Source: Rhizophagus irregularis (taxonomy: Eukaryota). Taken from it: a stretch of 64,000 nt of DNA. The position numbers and the translations under genes are program-made. Below, one piece after another: positions 41,216 to 53,910 of this stretch (position 1 is its first letter; every line of letters begins with the position of its first letter). The stretch is taken from positions 5,084,001-5,148,000 of the forward strand of contig NC_089435.1 in NCBI RefSeq assembly GCF_026210795.1. The letters run 5' to 3'. The notes under the pieces were generated by a model. The model searched no databases and was not told where the DNA came from. It saw nothing but the letters and a program-made list of their open reading frames with translations.

Positions 41216-43836
41216 TTTAATATTAATTATTTTTTAAAATTAAACACTATTTCAAACTTTTTAAGTTATATTAAAAATGAAATATTAATAAAAAAAACTT
41301 TTAAAATTAATTAAATTTAAAATTTTTTATTCAAAATTCTTGTAAGAAAAAATATTTAATTTGAAAAATATTGGTATATTGCAAAATTTTTGAAATTATA
41401 TTATAAGTAATAATTTTATATATTTTTTTATTTTTAAATAAAATATATTAAAAAAAGGTAAAAAAAAAATCATTTAAAATTATAAGAAAAAAAACAAGAA
41501 AAATTTTTCAAATATTACAAATTTTTTTTTATATTTAAAACTTTTTAAATATAAATACATTTTTGTCAATTAGTAAAAATAGAAAAAACTTTAGAAATTA
41601 AAATAAAATTGTTGTATTTGAATTGCATTTTCTTTTTAAATTGAATTTTCTAATTTAAGACATAAATAAGGAAAAAGCTTTATAATAAATATAATAAATT
41701 TTCATTTATACTTTTATATAATAATTTAATTTTAATGTAAATAACTTCAAAAAAGGAATTGAAACAATAATAATGATATAGTGCATACAACCTAATCCCA
41801 ACAAAAAAAATTTTAAGCGGCCAAATTTTTTATATTATGTAATACTTAACCCTGTAATTTTATTGGTTTAATTTGAGTTATAATTCTTAATTCTAGCCAG
41901 AATTATACATAATTTTAGCCAGATTTACATAGTTAATAATTAAACGAAAGTAATTTTGGCCAGATTTACATATAATTCTGGTCACCAAATATTTAATTCA
42001 ATAGTAAAATATTTCAACTTTGAATTGCTACTACTTTATTAAAAAATACTTTACAGGAAATTTAAAAACATAGTTTTATTAAGCTTAATCTGGTTTATCA
42101 TTGTACGTTTACACTTATGTTTATCTTTTTTTTTTGAATGAATAGTAGTGATTTAAATTTCATCAAAGGATCATGTAGTGGCCATTTTCACCAATGAAGG
42201 GCCCTGTGACCGATATAAACATCCAATAAAAGTGTTATCATTCTGTCATGCATTAATTATAACATTATAAGTAAGCTTTACATTTAATTATTTAACACCA
42301 TTATAATCATGTATTGTTGCTCTATGAAAATCTGCATGATCCTATTTGGCTGAACGATAATAGTAATCGGATAACAGCAGTCAAAATCAGGAGACATAGT
42401 AATATTGAATCAGGCGATAATATTACATAAGAAAATATTTTTATAGTAAGAGTAAGCAGATCAGCAAATGATAAGAATAGAGTTAACGTTATTAATTTAA
42501 GTAAAGTTTTATTTAGATCCGGAAAAATTATTTATTCCCAAATGTATTGAGTGTTGAAGAACTCTAACATTTAAGACTCTTTACACATGAACAAACAAAC
42601 AAACGAGTAAAAAAACGTTTATGCTTTCAAATTTCAATAAATTTGAATGGTTCGGACTAGGTTCGGATTTCGATTTGTATATTCCGAGACCACCAAAGCT
42701 TTCGGAAATCCTCATGGAGGTCTCATGTTTATTCATCCCCCTATGCAAATTTTTTTTGTTCCTGATACTTAGAACTAATAAGTTAATGTATACTAATGCA
42801 TAATATTTCGTCTTGACTTAAATTTAATTCGGCTGCTTTTAAGCAAAATTGGGATGAACGAAATTTAAATTCATTCTTTTAATGTATTTTCGTTTAATTG
42901 TAAATTTCTTAATAAAATTAATAAAGATAAAGGCGCTATGCTATACCTTACGGTAATAATAAATAATCATGAGAACGTACTACGGATTTCTAACAAATTT
43001 AGTTGTTCCGTGAGATTATGCAACACGCGTAAGAATTACCCAGATTTGGTTAGACCAACCGTTTTTAGCGCGTATTGGTACGCAAAGTCATTTCACGTTA
43101 AAATATTATTTATCGATAGATAATCAAAGAATTCCTTTAGATAAAAATAAATAATAAACTTTTATCTTGCGACCAAAGATACCGTCACTATAAAATCGAA
43201 TATACAGTAATTTAGATTAAAGTTAAAGGTATAATTTACTAATTTATTTAATTAGTCTATAATGTTTAGTTATAGACATTTCTCTTCTTTTTATAAACCT
43301 CACCTGGTAGGACGAACTTTTTATTTCAAAATTGATACTACGCCACTCGATGATTGTCATTTGCGATAAGGCGGACGATAGAAACTCGTTATCTTATCAG
43401 TCAAATCATTCGTTTTAAGTATAAGTATGCTATCAAAGGTTACCCAAAGGAAAAAAAATTTTTTGTTATCTATTATTGAATGAAACAAAAAACGGGATAT
43501 TTTATAAAATTGATGAAATTCTTAGAATCAAAAGCCGGTGTAACACGGAAATTGCGGAAATATACATATTTAATAATAGCCACTCATTTTGATTTACGTG
43601 ACCATAAATCTTTTTTAATAAAATTCATTCATATCATCATATGATTTGATGATGTTGGAATGAAATGACGTTATATAAGTAAAATAATATTAGACTGGGA
43701 AAAAATTTCATTACGCCAAAATTCAAACGGGCTCATTTAAGATCTAAATTTGGGCATGATTTTTGGATATAAAAAAGTATCCAATTTTCTTTTTCCTTTC
43801 ACCTTTTTTTTCATTATTTTATAAATTTTATCGAAA

Positions 43837-45309
43837 ATGACTCCTTATATTTGTGAAGATATTATCAGAGTTATAATAGAAAATTGTGTAACACAAAGAA
43901 AAAAATCATTACATAAATTGTTATTTGTAAATACATCATGGTGTAAAATTACAATCCCATTATTATGGAAAAATCCGTGGACCAATCCAAACTCCTGGGA
44001 AAATTTATCGAGAACCATTTTATTATGTTGTGATTCAAATTCGAAACAATTTCTTTTTTCAAATTGTGATTCTCATTTTAAAAAAATTCTTTATGAAAAA
44101 GGAATAATTGATACACAATCAAAATTTTCAAATCATCCTTTATTTAATTATATCTCTTATATAAAAATCCTTTCAAAAGATGTTATTGAATCTCTTATAG
44201 AAGGAATTCTTGTTGAATATTATGAATTAAATAGATATAACTTATTACAAGGAACTTTTTGGAATTTGTTTATGAATAATTGTAATAGACTTAATCTAAA
44301 TCTTCCAAATTATTCAATTTGTCATTTTAATGGAACAAAAACTTGCTTGCCTTCTTTGGTAAAGTTGACTTGTTCAACATTCATTCATCATATTTATTTC
44401 TTGGAATTATCAGAAATTTGTCATAATTTACAAGAGTTAATAATTAATTGTTTTCAGGATAATAAAGGTCTAGCTCAACTTATCAAGTCCCAAAAGAGAT
44501 TAAAAAGAATTGTATTAAAATCAAATAATAATAATATATTATGTCCTTTAATAGGTGATGCACTATTGACACAATCAAATACTTTGACCTCTATAAATAT
44601 TGATTATGAACTTTGCATTCCTCCTGAAATTTTTAATTCTTTAGTTAATTGTGAAGAATTTGCTATAAATATACCATCGGAATCAGATTTTGATTTTAAC
44701 AAATTAGTTATTAATTTACCTAATTTAAATACGTTACATTCTTATATTTATCAACATCAATCATTACCTATAGCTTTAAATTCTTTATCAAATATTATTT
44801 TATCATCATCTTCTTCCCAAGGAAATCTTTCTCATCTGAAGATAATAGATCTTGATTTATATCCAAAATATCTTACAACAGAATCTATAAATAATTATTT
44901 ACGTATTATCTCTCAATGTTGTCCATATTTAGAATTTGTTGTAGTATGGGTTAGAAAAGATATTTTATTAAATTTGGAATCATTCTTAAAGAAATGTAGA
45001 TTTTTGAAAGAAATTAAATTTATATCTACTGAATATACTGAATCTGTAGAAAATAATAACATAGTAGATGTTAGAAACATTTTTGATATTTTAGTGAATA
45101 ATAATATTTTGCCTGATTTGTCGAAGTTAACTTTTAAAGAAAATTGGAAATTTACTAAAGAAAATTTAAGTGAATTTTTGGAAAGTTGGAGCAAAAACAA
45201 GAAATATCCTTTAGATTATCTGAATATCGTTACTTCAAATGAATTAATCATAAATGTTTGTAATAGATTTAAAAAGAATGGTATTTTGAAAAGTTGTGTG
45301 TTTGATTAA
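43837..45309 (+). CDS. F-box/RNI-like LRR protein, intronless
   Basis: ICEDIIRVII...SLHKLLFVNTSWCKITIPLLWKNPW, PLFNYISY, LSEICHNLQEL, DNKGLAQLIKSQKRL. Confidence 0.82.
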   Translation: MTPYICEDIIRVIIENCVTQRKKSLHKLLFVNTSWCKITIPLLWKNPWTNPNSWENLSRTILLCCDSNSKQFLFSNCDSHFKKILYEKGIIDTQSKFSNHPLFNYISYIKILSKDVIESLIEGILVEYYELNRYNLLQGTFWNLFMNNCNRLNLNLPNYSICHFNGTKTCLPSLVKLTCSTFIHHIYFLELSEICHNLQELIINCFQDNKGLAQLIKSQKRLKRIVLKSNNNNILCPLIGDALLTQSNTLTSINIDYELCIPPEIFNSLVNCEEFAINIPSESDFDFNKLVINLPNLNTLHSYIYQHQSLPIALNSLSNIILSSSSSQGNLSHLKIIDLDLYPKYLTTESINNYLRIISQCCPYLEFVVVWVRKDILLNLESFLKKCRFLKEIKFISTEYTESVENNNIVDVRNIFDILVNNNILPDLSKLTFKENWKFTKENLSEFLESWSKNKKYPLDYLNIVTSNELIINVCNRFKKNGILKSCVFD

Positions 45310-45671
45310 AAGCTCATTTACTTATAATTTCGTATTAGTTAATTTTTTGATTCGATTTAGACTTTTTGATCATTGTTAAGACCAATCAAGTAAAGATTCT
45401 TAGATTATAAAGATTATAAAATATATTAAATTTATAGCATCAAATTATTCGTGATGCTTTTATAAGCCTAAATTTATTATAAAAATTTTTTGATACTTAT
45501 CTCCACTTCATCAATATACTAATTTTGTATATATATATTTTACATATTTTTCTTTTATTGTTTTTCTATTCTCATATCATATCTAAATAAATTTTAATTT
45601 AAATAAAAGAAATCTAATTAACTTATAAAAAATAAATAAAATAAATACAATATCATAAAAAAAAAAGAAGT

Positions 45672-47312
45672 TTAATAATTACTCAAGTTTTTCTTCAACA
45701 CGCCAATGTCGATATATCGATCCAATATTTCTTTTTGTTCATCCGTGGAAATAGAAGGCTCAAATTGCAATGGTTCTTTCAGTCTTCTTTGACAACCTTT
45801 TAAAAAGGATTCCAAAGAGTCAGCAGAAAATTTAAAATGCCATGGAATTTCAATCATCCGTAATTGCTCGGGAATTTCCTCTCCCATTTTTGACAAAACA
45901 TCGTTAATTTCAACGGTTTCGGTTTGCATATCTGTAGAGTGTAAAGCTAATTTTCGAAGTTGGTTACACTTGTTGAACAAGATAGGTATTAATGAAATTT
46001 GATCCTTGCATATGTAATACTCCAAAATAGTTAATCTAGGGCAGAAGTCAATAACTGTTTCATAAAATTTTGTTAGGTTATCCGGATCTCTCGGTTCATT
46101 CATAGAATTTACAATTTCTGATATATAACCACCAGAATTTTGAATAATGTTGGTTTGATGATTTATCAAAAATGAACCATCTTTAATGAGTAATGATTTT
46201 AAATGTGAAAAATCTGACTTGATGAATTTATCGGCATTTTGGTAATAATTAGCATGTAATATTAATTGTTCTAATTTTGTACAAGACGCAAATGTTTCCA
46301 GTGGAATCCCATTACATTGAAAATTTAAATAAGTGAGATCACTAACTTTATTATATAATGCTTTAGTAATATATCGGTAGCTATATTTTGGAATGTAACC
46401 ATTGTGGATTCCATAATAATAATTCGCTCCATGGATCAAAAGCTTTACCAGTCCCCGTTGTGACCCTATAAGTGCAGCCAATCCTTTGCTATCATTACAA
46501 AGACATCGAATTTCTAAATTTCTAATAGAATGACATATACGTGATAGACTCACATAGTAATTTTCAGGTTTCTTGATAGCACATGCGTTAAAGTGAAAAG
46601 ACGTGATATTTGCTAAGGCTATTTTTGAGCCTGGGAATCCTGCTATATTAATCTTAATGTGTCCAACGTCATTATGTAAAGAAACAGGTAGTTTAATATA
46701 ACTGAGATATTCCAGGTTAGTGCTTTTTTCCATAAACAATTTTATGAGCTTTTCTGTTAATACATCCGCTGAAAGAACATCCTCTGATTCTGTATCCTCG
46801 TCTAATGGTTCATCAGTTGAATGATGTTGTTGAGTCCACATTGAAACGGCGTTTACTAATGTAGGCAAGTTCAATCTTCTCAAAAAGAACGGATAATCAT
46901 AAAAAGTTGTGGTTTCAATTATATCTTCCGGCAATTTAAAAGCCTTGTTGGTTTTCAAACTACGTCGACTTTTTTCCGGCAAACATGCAAAATAAGTTGA
47001 AATGAGTAATGGTAATTTTTCAGACTTTGCATAGGTGAATGGAACGTGGAAACGCAATTGATCCTTCCAAGGTACAACCACTTGCTTTATAAAATCATCG
47101 TCTTTAATAGATAGCCAGTGCAGAGGATCTTTCCAGAGCAAAGGGATTGCAGTATTGCACCAGGTTCGATTTACCAAGACACACGAGTAAAGATAATTTA
47201 GATTTGAATAAACAATTGCATCATTATGAGTAAAAGGATCGACGGTTAGATCACTTTTGGTAAGCTCTTCAAAAATTCTTCTAAGACATTCAATAGGTAA
47301 TTTGGATGCCAT
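45672..47312 (-). CDS. F-box/RNI-like LRR protein, intronless
   Basis: MASKLPIECLRRIF...LYSCVLVNRTWCNTAIPLLWKDP, YDYPFFLRRL, DSKGLAALIGSQRGL, FSADSLESFLKGC. Confidence 0.85.
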   Translation of the reverse strand: MASKLPIECLRRIFEELTKSDLTVDPFTHNDAIVYSNLNYLYSCVLVNRTWCNTAIPLLWKDPLHWLSIKDDDFIKQVVVPWKDQLRFHVPFTYAKSEKLPLLISTYFACLPEKSRRSLKTNKAFKLPEDIIETTTFYDYPFFLRRLNLPTLVNAVSMWTQQHHSTDEPLDEDTESEDVLSADVLTEKLIKLFMEKSTNLEYLSYIKLPVSLHNDVGHIKINIAGFPGSKIALANITSFHFNACAIKKPENYYVSLSRICHSIRNLEIRCLCNDSKGLAALIGSQRGLVKLLIHGANYYYGIHNGYIPKYSYRYITKALYNKVSDLTYLNFQCNGIPLETFASCTKLEQLILHANYYQNADKFIKSDFSHLKSLLIKDGSFLINHQTNIIQNSGGYISEIVNSMNEPRDPDNLTKFYETVIDFCPRLTILEYYICKDQISLIPILFNKCNQLRKLALHSTDMQTETVEINDVLSKMGEEIPEQLRMIEIPWHFKFSADSLESFLKGCQRRLKEPLQFEPSISTDEQKEILDRYIDIGVLKKNLSNY

Positions 47313-48684
47313 GGCTTAGATGGGAATATTTAAAATAAATGGAGAGGAAAAAGCAAAAATTTTAATACAAGGATGAAAACACACGTTATATTTCTATTAA
47401 GCTTACTTTAATAATATTGATGATAGTTTTACCTAAAGTTTATCTGTTTTATGAAAAAGAAACATTCAATAAAAAGTCATTTCAGAACGTTTCGAAAATA
47501 TAAACGCGTCGTTATATATTAACTTCATAGAAACGAAGATATTACCTTACAAAAAAGTAGTTTTTCAGCGAACGAAAGTTCGAGAGAGAAAGAGCAATAA
47601 AAATGAGCAAGAGAGTCAAATCTGACCATTTAAATATTTTGAAGTTCCTGAATCAGCACTTTAATCAAATGGTTGATTACTAAAATCGTCAAGAGACTTC
47701 CGATGTAGTACTGTACTTGTGTAGTCAAAAAAACTTTTCTGTTGATCGAATGATCGAACGGCGTAGTATGCTGCGCGTTTAAACCTCTCATGGCGTAGAA
47801 AATTATACGTATCACGCTTAAAACGCGTATTTCTAATAATAACGTGTCTCAAATATCACAAATGTCGTGTGCAAAAATATATCCTATAGGAACGTTTTAT
47901 TTAATCTAGAATCCTTGTAACTATTGAACAAATTGGCAGTCAGAGAATGAATTGATTGTTTCCCTACAGCAGTCAAAATTTCCCCGCCTATATATATATA
48001 TCTCCGGGTCGTGATGTTTAACTGTCACTGATCACGTGATTGGCGAGATCGCGTTGTTTATATTAATTATTTCTGCGACGTGCGTGAACCGTGGACGTGC
48101 TCTGATGCTATTTGTCACTTATTACTGTATTGCTAAACAATGTGCTCTTTGGATAATATAATTATTTTTACAAATATTAATGTACTTCCTTTTTATAGTG
48201 AATTTAAGATTGTTGGTATAATGTTATCTAATTCAGCTAGTGTTGTTAATGGTCCAGTTTAGTCTGACTTGGAACCAAGTTGATCTCATTGGTTCTGGTT
48301 CAATTTGACTTGTACATAACAATACTACTTTCAGTGTTCTATAGTCTTTTACAACCAGGTTGATATCTGTTTAATTTTATTCCTCTGTACTCTTCTTGTT
48401 ATCTTATAGCTATTTACATATTTTTATTACTTTATCACCTTTTTATTACCTTTTAGCTATTTACTTGTTATCAATGTTCTGTGATTTTTTTATTAATAAA
48501 GAGCTATTTATTTGTTTACATACTTTTGAGTATCTTTGGTTATCTGTTAAGATGTCAAGAATGCTTTTCTTTTATACCTGTTTGATGGTCTTTTAAGGTA
48601 AAAAAAATTGTGCAATAAATATTAGGAAAAGTCTAAATGATTCAGATCTATTTTTCAAATTATAATATATGATTTATATGGATA

Positions 48685-49156
48685 GGACCTCACTTACTTA
48701 TAATAAAGATCACTGTAGAAAATTGGCTCTTTACTAATGATTTTTACCTTACTTTTTTCTTAAATTCTATTAGTTAATTAGTTAAAAAGAAAAAAAATCA
48801 TACCAATGTAACATAAAATTTTCTTTTATAGTAGAATTTGCAAAGAATTTATATATAATTTTTACTTTTGAGTAATGGGATCTCTTCAGCCAGTTCAAAA
48901 TCTACCTGAAACGTTTTAAATAAACTCTCTTAAAGTATGAGAAAAAGTCTGGTCAAATGAACATTGCTTGGTAATAAAGCTTTTATTTTCTTGAATAGCA
49001 TAGTGGTAATATATATAGTAGTATCTTGGTGTTTATTTCTTAAATAGCATAGTGGCAATACATATAGTAGTGTCTTGATATTTATTTTCTTGATCTATTT
49101 ATAGTTCATATGACTTTAAGGCTGGAGGTGACCTATCTTATAAGTAAGTGGGATCC
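48685..49156. mobile_element. Degenerate TIR element (about 470 bp)
   Basis: TA|ggacctcacttacttataa ... ttataagtaagtgggatcc|TA; internal duplication of about 50 bp near 48981-49090. Confidence 0.5.
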
Positions 49157-50890
49157 TATATGGATCTATAGTAATAAATAAATCTGCATTGAGATGAAAA
49201 AAAAATATTGTATCAAATGGTACAGTAAATCTATGATTAATTTTGGCTAACATTATACTGAAATTTCAGCCTAATATTAAAGTATAATATTTTGGCATCT
49301 AGTGATCAAATTTATATGATTTAGGCTTATTTAAAAACTCCTGATCTAACCTATATGTATACTGAATAGATTCCTGAATGGTGAAATATTGCATTCTAAA
49401 GATTAGACTAAGATTACATTATAGTATCAGTTTAAATTAATCTAATTTTACTGCAAATTGATTAAAATTTTTGAAAATCATATACAGTAATTTGAGAATC
49501 TAACTTGATGCTATTCTAATATTAAAATAGTACTATAAAATTGTCTAAGTTAGCTCAAATTGGATTGACTTATATGAAGTATTATTTTGATCTTTCAAAA
49601 TATTATATAGTCAATTCCTTTTATAGTCACTCTTATTATAATCACATTCTACTATATAGTTATATCAGTTGGATGTTTAAAACATTTTATTATTAAAATC
49701 TATTCTATATAGTTACAATACATCTATCGTTACTATTATACTTATTTTCAAAAATTTCATATTAAAAAGTACTGTTTATAGTTATAGTTTAATATGTAAA
49801 GAATATAATAAATTGCTCAACATCCAATGATTGTAAATAGATGTAACACAACTTGTTAGAATCATCTCATTGAGACAAATTGAATGGTAATAGTTTCATA
49901 TTTCTACTGTGCAAATAGTCTTATTTTTAATATCAATAAGTACAAGAATATTGAACAAAATTACAAAAATAAGAAAATAAAAATAAAAAATAAAAAATAA
50001 AAAGAGTAGTTTCACAACTCCTACTAGTAAAGAAAACTAAACTATTACAGAATCACATACCTCAACTTTACCTGAAGGTCAGTGTAAATTAGTTATCCAA
50101 CATCCTAAAATCCAGTCTGTTACTAGAGAGAAATCCTAAAAGGTTAAACTGTTAAGCAGTGCAAAAAATCCAAGTGCGAAATCTAAAATCCACTTTGAAT
50201 TATAAAAAAGTACATTCAAGAAATTCAGAAATCCTGAGAAATTGTTATTATAAAAAAGCTTGAAGCATCAAGAGGAAATTCAAAGAAAAGAAAAGCAGTA
50301 AAAAAATGGTGTCATATGGAAATAATATCTTAGAATGAAACTAAAGATAGAAAAATTTATTGTGAGGCATCTAAATATTCATGTAAAGGTTAACATGGAG
50401 ATCAAATAATAGCAGAGTTAAAATATTATAAATTTTCACAGGTCGAAGGGGCATCATTGTCCAAAATTCAAAAAATGCAAATTCCACATTTTTCTGGAAA
50501 ATGGTAGGAAATTGTAGAAAATGCTGCATTATGTTGAGCAATTTTTTGGAATAGTATTGTTACAACATTGTCCAATTTAGCAAATTTTATGAAAATTTGG
50601 GAAAATGCTACATTATGGCCATTTTCAAGCGCTTCCCTCAATGGGTTAATCGTTGACTAAAAAGGTAAAGTGTAAAGATCATTTAAGTCAAAAAAACCCA
50701 GAGCTATAAACCATCTTTTTTTTTCATAGAGCTACCAAAAATAGAAAATAATGGAATATAAAAAGAGATTGCTCATGCGCCTTATTTCCTTCACTTTCCA
50801 TTTTACACTATAGATCTTCAGCACCGACAAAAATTAATAATTATATTACTTTTTATATTAGAAGTTATTATAAAAAATAAAAATATACAA

Positions 50891-52123
50891 ATGCAAAGAT
50901 CCGATCATCTTTTAACTGTCCTTACCACAACAAATATAATTTTATCAACTGTTTGTTTTCCATCCAGTATAAGATTGCAATGTCAGCCAAGACCTAAAAC
51001 TGAAGGGTTTTGGACAGATGTTTTCCCTACTTAGTAGATGGGAAAGGTTATAATTCTTTTAGGTGTTACTTTCGTATAACTCTTATCACTTTTCGTGCTA
51101 TTGTAACTTGATTAGAAACTCACCAAGCTTTTACTTTAGATGCCTCTAATGCAACACCTGTATGGAAACAAATTGCCATTGTATTATGACGATTAGCAAA
51201 TGGATCTGGAATAAGAGTGTTGGAACGAAACAACTTGGAATAAGTCAAGGATCTGTAAGTAATTTTACTGATTGATTTTTAGAAGTACTATTAGATTTAG
51301 AACAAGGACGAATTGCATGGCCACAAGGATCACATTTAGCAATAGTAATACAAGGATTTGAATATGGAGAAACTGGTCTAGGGTATCGCAAACTGCCTAA
51401 TATTATTGATGCAATGGATGGAGTACATATACCTATTCATGAACCTTCTGAGAATAGTGCCCGTTATGTTAATCGCAAAACTTTTCACTTTATCAACCTT
51501 CTTGGAGTTGTTAATCATCAGGGACGCTTTACTTATATACATACTGGTGAAGCAGGCTAGTAGACATTTATTATTATTTATTTATTTATTTTTATTTATT
51601 TTAATAATTAATTTATTATTATATACTATTATCATAGGAAGTGTACATGATGCCAGAGTGTTTTATCGTTCTTCACTTTATCATGAAATTTTGTTGCATC
51701 CCGAACATACAATAGGTTCCAGGTGGTTCTTACATTATTGCAGATGCAGCATATCCTCTCCGTACATATTTAATGAAAGCATTTCCTAATTATTATATGC
51801 TAACTGCTCGAGAATGTCACTTTAACAAAGTTCTTTCTTTAATGCGAATGGTTGTTGAGCAGGCATTTGGACATTTAAAGGAACGATGGTTGAAAGAAAT
51901 TTATTGTACAAATATAGAACAGATTGTTAAAATAATACATGCATGCTGTATTTTACATAATATTTGTATTGATATGGGAGATTTATTATCTTCAGAAAAT
52001 GTTAATAAAGAAATGGATGATGATATAAATGGTAATAATGAGTATGAAGCAGAAAATGAAGAAATGGAAGAGATGGTGAGTACTCAGAAGAGAGAATATT
52101 TAGCAGATCTTATAATTAATTAA
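50891..52123 (+). pseudogene. Harbinger DDE transposase (HARBI1/DDE_Tnp_4-like), disrupted
   Basis: LPNIIDAMDGVHIPI, YVNRKTFHFIN, GSVHDARVF, IIADAAYP, RMVVEQAFGHLKERW, ACCILHNIC; several in-frame TGA stops, frameshifts and one intron. Confidence 0.92.
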
Positions 52124-52196
52124 TCATTATTAAACCTTACAAAGCTTCATTAATTACAATAAAATTATTTGCATATACATTATTAACTGCTCATAA

Positions 52197-53311
52197 TTAA
52201 AATTTCGTTAAAAACATTTTAAATAGTTCTATTTGTTCATTGTGCTGTTTTTGCTGAACTTCAGAAGCATAAATATATTGTTCTTTCATAATTTCAGCAA
52301 TAGTATCAGTCTGTTCTTTAATAAGAGTTCGAATCTCTTCTATATTTATTTTTTTTTCTTCAGAACGTGCTTTTTTTTGTTGTCTAGAGTCATTCTATAT
52401 GATATGAATAATGATTTGATTAGATATTAGAAAAAAAATAAAAAAATAAATATTAAAACGTCACTGACCTCTTCGATTTGTTCTTCAGCATTCTTTTGTT
52501 CTTTACGCTTAATCCCATAAATTGAGTCACTTGTAATTGGTGCAACTATACTCGGATCTTTTTTTAAAAAGCTATCCATGTCCTTAAAAAACTTCTAGTC
52601 ATTTTGGATAGCTTCGCCACCAGTGCTTTCAGTTTTATCCTTTATGTCACGGAATTTTTGGAGAAGTGCATCCCACTTCTGTTGAACTGATGTCTTTGTA
52701 CGTTCTTTTAAAGATGGACTTGCCATATCTGACTTTTAGATGTTAATAATAATTTTATCCCAGATTCGGTTCTTTTCTCTTGGATCTTTAACTTGTTGCA
52801 ATGCTTGCCATTGCATTCTTACTTCTTCAATAAGCATTCGAGTTTCTGATGTTGTCTATCTGTTTGTTGATTTAGGTGTATTGAAGTTAATAAATGGTAG
52901 AAGTTGATTGGATAGGACTTTGATTATTTATGGCTACAGAATTAAAAGGTGATTGATTTTCTTGATTATGAGTTACATGATGAGTAATAAGAGAAGGTTG
53001 AGAAGGTTGCAAGGTTATCTATAAAAAGAATTTCAAGTTTATTATCTTTCATATAGTATAATTATAAAAGAATAAATATTTACCGGATATCTTGTTGTGT
53101 TATTTAAAGGGTCCATATATACTGGATATCTTACTTCATTTGGCGTCAAAGGATCTATATGATTTATTGTTTCATTTTCGGCAAAAGGTAGTGTAGTGGA
53201 ATTTTGATGTTGTTGTAAGGATAAATTATTTGTTAGGTTGTTAAAAGGAGAAAAATGAGTGGTTGGAACGAAATTTTTAAAAGTTGTTTTAGTTCTTTTT
53301 TTTGGAGGCAT
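52197..53311 (-). pseudogene. Harbinger Myb/SANT-like (trihelix) DNA-binding partner, disrupted
   Basis: R*TTSETRMLIEE...IWDKI...RTKTSVQQKWDALLQKFRDIKD...TG...*KFFKDMDSFL with conserved Trp codons changed to TAG; N-terminal MPPKKR NLS-like motif. The 3' end is approximate. Confidence 0.85.
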
Positions 53312-53462
53312 AATAAAACTCGATAAAAAAAGTAAGAGAGTGAAAGAGATTGTTCAAGTATTGATCACCATGTTTATTCCAATTTATTTCAATTGATCGT
53401 GATACTTAAGCATCATTTCAATCACTGGCCAATCACATTGAGGGAGGCGCTTGAGAACGGCC

Positions 53463-53910
53463 TATATCTCAAATGTAACATTTTGTAACATTATTATAAC
53501 ATTGTCATTAAAATCAAATTTTGCTTTTTTTTTGCAAATAGTGCATTTTTATGAAAATGCCACATTTTATCTTTAATGTGACATCATTGTAATAACATTT
53601 CATAAAATTGTTGTAACATTGTCAATTAAAATCAAATTTTATTAAATATTCCAATTTTCTAGCAAATGGTGTATTTTTATGAAAATTCTATATTTTCTGT
53701 CAAATGTTGCATATTTTCAGCAAATTTTACGTTTTTTTGGTCAAAATATTTTATTTTCATCAGAATGTTAAAATGTTGCATTTTTTTTTTTGAAAATGCT
53801 CAATAATATGCCATTACACTGAAAAATGTAGCATTTCACTAAATTACACTAAAAAGCATCACAATTATCATATTTTTTGGAAAATTCCACATTACATTAA
53901 ATTACACTAA
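53463..53910. repeat. Low-complexity host repeat (aaatgtagc/attacact-like words), also present at 50450-50616 and 54835-55190
   Basis: The same short motif family resumes on both sides of the Harbinger and Helentron-like insertions. Confidence 0.65.

Larger units (their letters stand above)
50617..53462. mobile_element. Full-length decayed PIF/Harbinger transposon (2846 bp)
   Basis: TIRs ggccattttcaagcgcttccctcaatg / cattgagggaggcgcttgagaacggcc (24/27), flanked by tat on both sides; contains convergent DDE transposase and Myb/SANT genes. Confidence 0.92.

Noticed and set aside
49600..50400. Possible third intron-array or TIR element remnant
   Set aside because: Only scattered donor- and acceptor-like words on the minus strand; too degenerate to define.
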